A stretch of DNA of 64,000 nucleotides from Nanobdellota archaeon. GTDB lineage: Archaea; Nanobdellota; Nanobdellia; SCGC-AAA011-G17; JAFCDX01. The position numbers were made by a program, and so were the translations under genes. The notes beneath the pieces were generated by a model, which was not told the origin of the DNA, did not search any database, and saw nothing but the letters and a program-made list of their open reading frames with translations. The stretch is taken from NCBI GenBank assembly GCA_040753775.1, contig JBFMDT010000002.1, forward strand, positions 11,955-75,954, in the 5' to 3' direction. Within the stretch, counting starts at the first letter, position 1. Each line of letters opens with the position of its first letter. Positions 45,932 through 53,156 of this stretch are shown here, piece by piece.

Positions 45932-46669
45932 TTAAATTTCAGATATCTTAAAAACATGATTTATTCTATTTTTTCTTATTCTAAAACCAGAACCATGATC
46001 ATGAGTTTTGCCTTTGTTTTTCCCAGTTCTATAAACTCCAATTCTAATATCATAAAAAATATCCCCTTCTTTAATTGCTTTTAGAAATCTATCAAAAGTT
46101 AATCCTGTTAATAATATTGCTTTTTCAAAATGGAAAAATTCTTTTCCGTTTGCTTTTCTAATTTTAGCTGTAACAAAAGCTATATTTTTACATTTTTTCT
46201 CTATGATTTGCTTTAAATCTTCAAAAGTATAATAACAAACAAAATCTATAATGGTATCATTTCCCAAATCTTTAATTAAGATATATATCCTTTTTTCATT
46301 CTCATTTATATCTAATTTAAAACCATATTTTCCAAGAAAAGTATTAAATTTATCTCCAGGAATGGTGGTATGTAATATCTTTGAACCTTTTTCATTTTTG
46401 CCAAATTTTAACCTTAGTGATGTATTAGCTTCGGAAGGGTGAGAAGGGGACTTTGTAAATAAAGTTATCATGCTTTGAGAAAGCTCCCTTGAGGATTTTA
46501 ATTCTAATTCATTTAGATAATCTACTTCTTGTTTATTATTCTCAACTATATTGAGTAAATCCTCAAAAGTTTTACCTATCCCCGTATTATGCGTCCTATG
46601 AGATTCGATAAAACCGGCCTTTCTTACCTTCTCAAAATCTTCCTTGAATTTTTGTAATATTTCAACCAT
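45932..46669 (-). CDS. MvaI/BcnI-family type II restriction endonuclease
   Basis: 245 aa. NTGIGKTFEDLLNIVENNKQEVDYLNELELKS, FHFEKAILLTGL and THDHGSGFRIRK align by eye with remembered BcnI blocks. Convergent with the methyltransferase. Confidence 0.7.
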   Translation of the reverse strand: MVEILQKFKEDFEKVRKAGFIESHRTHNTGIGKTFEDLLNIVENNKQEVDYLNELELKSSRELSQSMITLFTKSPSHPSEANTSLRLKFGKNEKGSKILHTTIPGDKFNTFLGKYGFKLDINENEKRIYILIKDLGNDTIIDFVCYYTFEDLKQIIEKKCKNIAFVTAKIRKANGKEFFHFEKAILLTGLTFDRFLKAIKEGDIFYDIRIGVYRTGKNKGKTHDHGSGFRIRKNRINHVFKISEI

Positions 46670-46807
46670 TTTTGAATTTCTTACTTGTAATAAGATTGAA
46701 ATATTCTCTTTATAAAAACCTATCGAAAACCAACCGCTAACGCACCAGAGATATTAAATAGCAAATCTTATAAATATGGCAAATTCTCTTTAGTTAAGGA
46801 GGTGAAA

Positions 46808-48280
46808 ATGCAAGAAGCACAAAAAACAGGTCCGCCAAAAGAAATTAATCAAATAAGCGAAGTTGTTTGGGAGCTTCCTAAAAGTTATAAGAAAGGAATG
46901 CAAGTTCCAGCACGAATTTATGCAACTAAAAAGCTGTTGCAGGAAATGGATGCTGGTGTCTTTGAACAGATAACAAATGTCGCATGCTTGCCAGAAATCC
47001 AAAAATATGCAATGTGTATGCCTGATGGACACTGGGGCTATGGATTTCCAATTGGTGGCGTGGCAGCTTTTGACGCTGAGAAAGGAGTAATATCACCTGG
47101 CGGTATAGGTTTTGACATAAATTGTGGCATGCGATTGCTCACAACTAATCTTACTATAAAAGAAGTTCAGCCAAAACTGCACTTATTAGTTGACACCCTA
47201 TTCAAAACAGTCCCGGCAGGTGTTGGCAGCTCTGGCTTTCTTAAAGTAAATAGGCAGCAATTCAAAGAAATAGCTGATCAAGGCTCTTCTTGGGTGATAA
47301 AACAAGGTTATGGCTGGGAAGAGGATATTAAAAGAACAGAGAGCAACGGATGTATAAATTGGGCCGATTCTTCAAAAATTTCAGAAAAGGCAATTTCTCG
47401 TGGTATCGATCAGCTAGGGACTCTTGGAAGCGGAAATCATTACTTAGAAATACAATTAGCGCACGCAGGTAATATTTATGATGAAAAATTAGCAAAAAAG
47501 TTTGGGATATTTCCTGATCAAGTTGTAGTTATGCTGCATTGCGGAAGCCGAGGATTTGGTCATCAAGTTGCAACAGATTATCTTAAAACATTTTTAGACG
47601 TTATGCCAAAGTATGGATTAAAGGTCTTGGATAGGGAACTTTCCTGTGCACCATTCCAAAGCAAAGAAGGCCAGGATTATTACAGGGCTATGGCGTGTGC
47701 AGCTAACATGGCATTTGCAAACAGGCAGGTTATTTTGCACAGGGTCAGGGAAGCCTTTGAAAAGGTATTTAATAAAAAGGCAGAAGAAATGGATATGCAT
47801 TTGGTCTATGATGTTGCCCACAATATTGCAAAATTAGAAGAGCATAAAATAGATAACAAAAAAGTAAAATTAGTTGTTCATAGAAAAGGAGCTACAAGAT
47901 GCTTTGGCCCGGCTCATCCAGAATTGCCTAAGATTTATCAAGAAACAGGCCAACCGGTTATTGTTGGTGGCTCGATGGAAACAGGCTCATTTTTATGTGT
48001 TGGAACAAAAAAAGCTGAAGAGGAAACTTTTGGGTCGACAATGCATGGATCTGGAAGGACTATGTCAAGAACAAAAGCAAAGCATATGGTGAGAGGCCAG
48101 GAATTGCAGAAAGAAATGGAAAAGCACGGAATTTATGTCAAATCTGTTTCTATGTCTGGATTGGCAGAAGAGGCAGGAATGGCTTACAAATCAATAAATG
48201 AAGTTGTGGATACGATGGAGCTTGCAGGGATTTCTAAGAAGGTCGCTCTTCTATCTCCAATCGGCAATGTTAAAGGTTAG
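46808..48280 (+). CDS. rtcB: RNA-splicing ligase RtcB
   Basis: Frame of ORF 46802-48280. AGGAGGTGA Shine-Dalgarno precedes ATG 46808. PDGHWGYGFPIGG, GFDINCG, GSGNHY, HCGSRGFGHQ, MHGSGR motifs. No intein. Confidence 0.9.
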   Translation: MQEAQKTGPPKEINQISEVVWELPKSYKKGMQVPARIYATKKLLQEMDAGVFEQITNVACLPEIQKYAMCMPDGHWGYGFPIGGVAAFDAEKGVISPGGIGFDINCGMRLLTTNLTIKEVQPKLHLLVDTLFKTVPAGVGSSGFLKVNRQQFKEIADQGSSWVIKQGYGWEEDIKRTESNGCINWADSSKISEKAISRGIDQLGTLGSGNHYLEIQLAHAGNIYDEKLAKKFGIFPDQVVVMLHCGSRGFGHQVATDYLKTFLDVMPKYGLKVLDRELSCAPFQSKEGQDYYRAMACAANMAFANRQVILHRVREAFEKVFNKKAEEMDMHLVYDVAHNIAKLEEHKIDNKKVKLVVHRKGATRCFGPAHPELPKIYQETGQPVIVGGSMETGSFLCVGTKKAEEETFGSTMHGSGRTMSRTKAKHMVRGQELQKEMEKHGIYVKSVSMSGLAEEAGMAYKSINEVVDTMELAGISKKVALLSPIGNVKG

Positions 48281-48351
48281 CTTTTGCAAATCCTTAAACT
48301 ATGCTTTAAAAAACCGAAATCTTTAAAATATATATCAACCATTTAAAAACT

Positions 48352-48984
48352 ATGAAAATAAAGGTTTTTGACTTTGTAGCAAAAATGTTTTCTAAGTTGT
48401 TCAAGCATAGAAGGCAGCTAAAATTAGGATTATATGGGCCGGTTAATTCAGGAAAATCTACGCTGGCAAACAGGATATGCAAGGACTGGCTTGATGAAGA
48501 AATGTCCATTGTGTCAAGAATCCCTCACGAAACCAGGGAAATAATAGCCAAGGAAAATGTAAAAATAAAGTCAGATGGAAAAGAGCTTATATTCAACTTA
48601 GTGGACACGCCAGGAATAGCAACAAAAATAGATTTTGAAGACTTTTTAAAATTCAAAATGAAGGCTGCAGAAGCAAAGAAAAGGGCCAAGGAAGCAACAA
48701 AAGGCGTTATAGAAGCAATAAAATGGCTTGACAATATGGACTGCGTTGTAATTGTCCTTGATGCAACAAAAGATCCATATAACCAGGTTAACTTGACAAT
48801 AATAGGAAATCTTGCTGCAAGAAATGTCCCCTTTATAATAGTCGGAAATAAGATCGATTTAAGAAAAGCCAATATAAAAAAGATTGAATCAGCATTCCCA
48901 CAGTATGAGGTAATTGGCGTATCAGCAGAAAAGGGCCACAATATGGGGGATTTTTATGAGTCTGTGTTAAGGCTGGTGAAGTAA
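48352..48984 (+). CDS. Small GTP-binding protein (first gene of a conserved archaeal operon)
   Basis: 210 aa. G1 GPVNSGKS, G3 DTPG, G4 NKID, G5 SAE. Confidence 0.8.
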   Translation: MKIKVFDFVAKMFSKLFKHRRQLKLGLYGPVNSGKSTLANRICKDWLDEEMSIVSRIPHETREIIAKENVKIKSDGKELIFNLVDTPGIATKIDFEDFLKFKMKAAEAKKRAKEATKGVIEAIKWLDNMDCVVIVLDATKDPYNQVNLTIIGNLAARNVPFIIVGNKIDLRKANIKKIESAFPQYEVIGVSAEKGHNMGDFYESVLRLVK

Positions 48985-48985
48985 A

Positions 48986-49360
48986 ATGATAACATTACAA
49001 TTCATTCCAAACCGGGAATTAGCATCCCTTTCCCAAGATACTAAAATAAAAAAAATAATCAGCTTGGTGAAGGAAGAAAAGATTTTGCTTGTTGAAGGAA
49101 AACTTACTTCAGAGGAAGAATCCACCTTGATTAAGAGAACAATGGAGCAGATAACAAAGAGGTTTAAAGGCATAGAGATAGCCACTTATTACCATGAGCC
49201 GAAAAATATCCAGTTTATAGAAAAGTTCAGGAAAACAATTGCCCAGTTTATTTTGGGTTATGAGCATGGCTTTACTATTATAGGCCCAGCAAGCCTTGTC
49301 AGGGAAATAAAGAAGGACCCAAACAAAGTTGAATTGTTTATGAAAAGTAAGAGAAGATAA
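48986..49360 (+). CDS. Hypothetical protein (DUF2073-like by memory)
   Basis: 124-aa ORF starting 1 nt after the GTPase stop. The family name is recalled, not verified. Confidence 0.45.
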   Translation: MITLQFIPNRELASLSQDTKIKKIISLVKEEKILLVEGKLTSEEESTLIKRTMEQITKRFKGIEIATYYHEPKNIQFIEKFRKTIAQFILGYEHGFTIIGPASLVREIKKDPNKVELFMKSKRR

Positions 49361-49388
49361 TTTTCAAATATTCAAAAGAGGTTAAAAA

Positions 49389-49769
49389 GTGCCACATCAA
49401 TGCGTTAGATGCAATACCTTTTATCAGGATGGTAGCGCAGAGTTACTAAAAGGTTGTCCTAATTGCCATGGAAAACTTTTCTTTTTTGTAAAGCAGGAGC
49501 ATATAGATGAAGCTAAAAATTTAACAATCAACCTGACAAAAAGGGAAAAGCAGCAGATAGAAAAGGACATATTTGACATTGCTGGCTCTGAAATAGACAA
49601 AACCAAGCCAGTTGTTCTCGACCTTGAGTCCATACGAGTCTTAAAGCCCGGGCAATACGAATTGGACATAGTGAAATTATTGCAGAAATATCCATTAATC
49701 TACCGTCTAGAGGAAGGCAAGTATGTTATAGACCTTGTAGCATCATTTAAAAAGGAAAATGAGAAGTGA
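49389..49769 (+). CDS. Zn-ribbon protein (DUF2072/COG3364-like by memory)
   Basis: 126 aa. GTG start with an AGAGGT SD-like element. CVRC...CPNC zinc ribbon at the N-terminus. Confidence 0.5.
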   Translation: MPHQCVRCNTFYQDGSAELLKGCPNCHGKLFFFVKQEHIDEAKNLTINLTKREKQQIEKDIFDIAGSEIDKTKPVVLDLESIRVLKPGQYELDIVKLLQKYPLIYRLEEGKYVIDLVASFKKENEK

Positions 49770-50325
49770 CCTAAAGCAGAATATACTTGAAGTTCTTAGG
49801 GATAGTTTCAAGGCTATTAACAAAAATGACATTGTTGCCTTAAAGGAATTAAGCAACCACATAATTCACAAGGCATCTACGCTTCAGGATGAGTATTCAA
49901 CAAGCATAGCAGTGATTAGTTATGCCTTATCCAAAATTTTTGAAAGAGCACACTACAGGGATTACAAGGACTGGAATAAGTTCTACAATACCTGCATGAC
50001 TAATTTAAAAAATGCAATTGTCTATCTAGAAAAGAACGATACACAAGAATATGAAGCCTCTATTAAGAACATATTTAATGTAATAGACAGACTTAGCTCT
50101 AATCTAAAAAGATATACCCAAGAAGTAATAGAAAAGGCAAGGATACACAGGGCATCAAGAATACACGAGCATGGAATTTCTGTAGAAAGGACAGCAAAGC
50201 TTCTCGGGATAAGTCAATGGGAATTAATGGAATACATAGGAAAAACAGGGATTTCCGATACAGAATTAAGCATAACAAAAACCGTAGCAGACAGGTTAAA
50301 ATTTACAAGGAGTATATTTAAATGA
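49759..50325 (+). CDS. Hypothetical protein with C-terminal HTH
   Basis: 188 aa. GISVERTAKLLGISQWELMEYIGKTG looks like an HTH. Overlaps the upstream gene by 11 nt. Confidence 0.45.
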   Translation: MRSDLKQNILEVLRDSFKAINKNDIVALKELSNHIIHKASTLQDEYSTSIAVISYALSKIFERAHYRDYKDWNKFYNTCMTNLKNAIVYLEKNDTQEYEASIKNIFNVIDRLSSNLKRYTQEVIEKARIHRASRIHEHGISVERTAKLLGISQWELMEYIGKTGISDTELSITKTVADRLKFTRSIFK

Positions 50326-51023
50326 AGTCTTTGGTATTTGACACCTCAAGCATAATAAGCATAGCAACAAATGAGCTTATACCAGTTCTCAAATTGCTTA
50401 AAGAAAAATTTAATGGAGATTTTTTAATTTCAAGCTATGTTAAAAGGGAAATAATCGATTACCCCCTAACAACAAAAAAATTTAAGCTTGAAGCTATATT
50501 GATTATGGATTGCCTGAATAATAACTACCTCAAGTTAAATGACGATCCAGCTGTAGCAAAAAAGGCCATTGAGCTGCTTGAGACAGCCAATACAATATTT
50601 AAGACGCACTTAGATTACATAAAAATACTTGACCTTGCCGAAGTTGAGGCTTTAGTTCTTGCAGCCTCAAAAAATTCAGATGCCTATGTTGTTGATGAAA
50701 GGACAATGAGGCTTTTAATAGAAAACCCGGACCAGCTGCAAAGATTATTGGAGACTAAGCTTCACACAAAAATAACAATGGACAGGGAAAACCTTGCTAA
50801 ATTCATAAAAGAAACTGGAAATGTCAAAATAATAAGGTCCACAGAGCTTATGGTTATAGCCTATGAGCTTGGCCTTTTCAATTCTTATATTTCAAAAACA
50901 GGAACAATAGACAAAAAATTAAGGTCACCGTTATTGGAAGGATTGCTGTGGGGGCTTAAGCTTCATGGCTGCAGCATATCTGAAGAAGAAATAAATGAAG
51001 TTATGAAATTTGAAAAGCCCTAA
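50322..51023 (+). CDS. PIN-like domain protein (predicted nuclease)
   Basis: 233 aa. The VFDTSS N-terminal acidic site and later VVDERT are consistent with a PIN fold (weak). ATGA overlap with the upstream gene. Confidence 0.4.
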   Translation: MKSLVFDTSSIISIATNELIPVLKLLKEKFNGDFLISSYVKREIIDYPLTTKKFKLEAILIMDCLNNNYLKLNDDPAVAKKAIELLETANTIFKTHLDYIKILDLAEVEALVLAASKNSDAYVVDERTMRLLIENPDQLQRLLETKLHTKITMDRENLAKFIKETGNVKIIRSTELMVIAYELGLFNSYISKTGTIDKKLRSPLLEGLLWGLKLHGCSISEEEINEVMKFEKP

Positions 51024-51199
51024 TCCACTTTACATTCCTTTAAAAATTTAGAATATTCGTTTAACCTTGAAATAAAGTCCCTTCTTCCTAATCTTTTAGC
51101 ATAATTATCAAGGAAATTAAAGCCGAGATTGATAACTATACCAATTACTCCACCGACAGCAATATATTTTATTACCTCTTCAAGGGCTAGCTCATTCAT
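51020..51199 (-). CDS. Small membrane protein (59 aa), absent from the ORF track
   Basis: Hand translation: MNELALEEVIKYIAVGGVIGIVINLGFNFLDNYAKRLGRRDFISRLNEYSKFLKECKVD. Overlaps the stop of ORF 51192-51380 (ATGAATGA). Confidence 0.3.
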   Translation of the reverse strand: MNELALEEVIKYIAVGGVIGIVINLGFNFLDNYAKRLGRRDFISRLNEYSKFLKECKVD

Positions 51200-51380
51200 T
51201 TTTAGCTAACCTCTCCAACCAATTTGAATCACTTAATACAAAGTCTGATGGAACATATGGAAAATCACCAACTGCATAGCCACTCTCATTTCCCCTGCTT
51301 ATTTTTTTGATTTTATCTATTTTATGGCCTATTAAATATAATTCTATTCTTCCAATTAAATCTTTAATGTAATTTACCAT
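51192..51380 (-). CDS. Hypothetical small protein
   Basis: 62-aa ORF. No family recognised. Confidence 0.35.
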   Translation of the reverse strand: MVNYIKDLIGRIELYLIGHKIDKIKKISRGNESGYAVGDFPYVPSDFVLSDSNWLERLAKNE

Positions 51381-51452
51381 AAATAAACAATAATCTTCTC
51401 ATTTATATACTTTTCTATTTGTATCTTCGTATTAGTAGTAACAAACAAAAGC

Positions 51453-51460
51453 TTTATATA
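51453..51460 (+). promoter_or_regulatory. TATA box (TTTATATA)
   Basis: 32 nt upstream of ATG 51485. Confidence 0.4.
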
Positions 51461-51484
51461 TTAGTTAATGTCTTTTCTATCAAC

Positions 51485-52294
51485 ATGGCATTTTTTAAAA
51501 ATCTTATAAGAGAAAAACCAGATCAACAAAAATTAAGCGAAGAGGCTGAAGAAGTATATAGCCTAATGATGAATGCTGAATCCTCTTCTTTAGCAGAATG
51601 CACTTCTTATCTAAAAAAAGCTAAGGAACTTATGGACGATTCTTTTCAAAAGGGCATTTACGAGCAAGAGGATATTCAAAAGATACTTGCTAAAAAATTA
51701 CTTGAGCAAATGAAGTTAGATACCCCAATTAAAGAAAGTTTAGAAGAGCTTCTCTTTATCTATGGAGAAACTATGAATGGTTTAGTTGATAAGATTAAGG
51801 TTAAGGATTATTGCTTTGAATATTTCTCTAAGTTTTCTAAAGCCAAAATAAGAAATCTTTTAGATATTTTACAAAAAGAAAATTTTGATTTGGAGATGTT
51901 TGATCATTATAGACTCCATTACGAGCTTCTGAAAACAAGATTAAAAGAAATTGGGGTTGAAGAGCCAGAAATAGAAATTGGCAACGGAAAGATATTAAGC
52001 GATGAGGCGTTTTATGTTCTTTCTATTAGGAATCTTAATGCTCATTTAAAGGGCAAGACAAATCGGGAAGCAAGGGATTTTATTGACAAATTAACTGGGA
52101 AAATTCAAGACAGATTTTATGAAAAACTTGAAATATATGCTCAGCAAAGCAATAAAGAGATGTTTGAAAAATACTATCAGGCCTTGCTTAGATTTACAAA
52201 AGAATTTTCCAATATTTTAGAGGAAGATGAAACAGAAATTCAAAATATATACAATAATTTTACAAAACAGTATTTTAATCAAACAGCTACATAA
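51485..52294 (+). CDS. Hypothetical helical protein
   Basis: Frame of ORF 51419-52294, with ATG 51485 preferred from the TATA position. No family recognised. Confidence 0.45.
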   Translation: MAFFKNLIREKPDQQKLSEEAEEVYSLMMNAESSSLAECTSYLKKAKELMDDSFQKGIYEQEDIQKILAKKLLEQMKLDTPIKESLEELLFIYGETMNGLVDKIKVKDYCFEYFSKFSKAKIRNLLDILQKENFDLEMFDHYRLHYELLKTRLKEIGVEEPEIEIGNGKILSDEAFYVLSIRNLNAHLKGKTNREARDFIDKLTGKIQDRFYEKLEIYAQQSNKEMFEKYYQALLRFTKEFSNILEEDETEIQNIYNNFTKQYFNQTAT

Positions 52295-52339
52295 GGCAAT
52301 ATTTATATATTCAAACTTTAATCAAAATCAATTTGAAAA

Positions 52340-52618
52340 ATGAAAGCCAATATACTGAAAATAGCAAGAACAGGCAAAAATACAAAAAAGCCGTATGAGC
52401 TATTTAAGCAAGACAAAGAAAATTCTAACGAGCATATGCTAATGTTTTACAAGGAAGGCATAAAATATACGTTTACAGGAATAAGGGACGTTCTTTTGCA
52501 GCATTATTTCTTTAAAAATTGCAAAATTATCCTCAAAAAAGATTCTATCCCTGAAAGAGAGTATAATGAATTAGAAAAGATAATCAAGAAAAATGACATG
52601 CTCTATGACAACTTTTAA
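52340..52618 (+). CDS. Small hypothetical protein
   Basis: 92-aa ORF. The C-terminal ILKKDSIPEREYNELEKIIKK resembles the next ORF. Confidence 0.4.
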   Translation: MKANILKIARTGKNTKKPYELFKQDKENSNEHMLMFYKEGIKYTFTGIRDVLLQHYFFKNCKIILKKDSIPEREYNELEKIIKKNDMLYDNF

Positions 52619-52642
52619 ATATTTTTCTGTATTATATAATAA

Positions 52643-52894
52643 ATGACAACTCTAAAAATTTTTAAACATTTGGATAATTATGTTATATGCGATAAAGATG
52701 GTATAATATGCAGATTTTCTTCTTTTAATGAACTCTACAACCAGGTTAATGCATATGCAAAAGAAAGAGAATTTAATTTTTTCATAGATAAGAGTATCTC
52801 TGCAGAAGAAAAAAGAAGCCTGGACAGGATGATTCTAAAAATTACTGAGATATACTTTGATAAAAAGCCAGATGATGAAACAAGAGTGTTATAA
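52643..52894 (+). CDS. Small hypothetical protein
   Basis: 83-aa ORF. FFIDKSISAEEKRSLDRMILK resembles the previous ORF. Confidence 0.4.
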   Translation: MTTLKIFKHLDNYVICDKDGIICRFSSFNELYNQVNAYAKEREFNFFIDKSISAEEKRSLDRMILKITEIYFDKKPDDETRVL

Positions 52895-52934
52895 TAGTAA
52901 TATTTAAATAATAACTAAGCACAATTCTTTTTGT

Positions 52935-53051
52935 GGGGTCATCGTCTAACGGCCAGGATCTTCGCCTCCAGTATAGCTAAAACTGGAGATATGAGCTTTT
53001 GGCTATGATATAAGAAAGCGAAGGATTAGGGTTCAAATCCCTATGACCCCA
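52935..53051 (+). tRNA. tRNA-Trp(CCA) with 45-nt intron
   Basis: Acceptor GGGGTCA/TGACCCC, T-arm TAGGG-TTCAAAT-CCCTA, anticodon stem TTCGC/GCGAA, loop CTCCAG[intron]A. Confidence 0.8.
52972..53016 (+). other. tRNA-Trp intron (about 45 nt at or near 37/38)
   Basis: Boundaries are inferred from the mature loop requirement. A 10-bp hairpin is present at 52973-52982/52997-53006. A clean BHB could not be folded by hand. Confidence 0.5.
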
Positions 53052-53053
53052 AA

Positions 53054-53058
53054 TTTTT
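53054..53058 (+). terminator. Oligo-T tract downstream of tRNA-Trp
   Basis: T5 run 3 nt after the discriminator base. Confidence 0.3.
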
Positions 53059-53156
53059 GTTGCCTTTTTCTAAATTTTAAATATAACAATTTATTACTTT
53101 ATAATAGTTAAAAATAGAAACATTTATATATCACTTCTACTACTTTTTAGTTACAA

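Noticed and set aside
15883-48280. Inteins in nrdJ, polX, rtcB or ppsA
   Set aside because: Protein lengths are normal for the families, and the catalytic motifs are contiguous. No Cys/Ser...HN-Cys/Ser/Thr intein boundary blocks or embedded LAGLIDADG blocks were seen within these ORFs.
52972-53016. tRNA-Trp intron as a complete box C/D sRNA
   Set aside because: At about 45 nt it is too short, and no RUGAUGA/CUGA terminal box pair is present. Only degenerate D'-like and C'-like elements were seen. The complementarity itself is kept as a finding.
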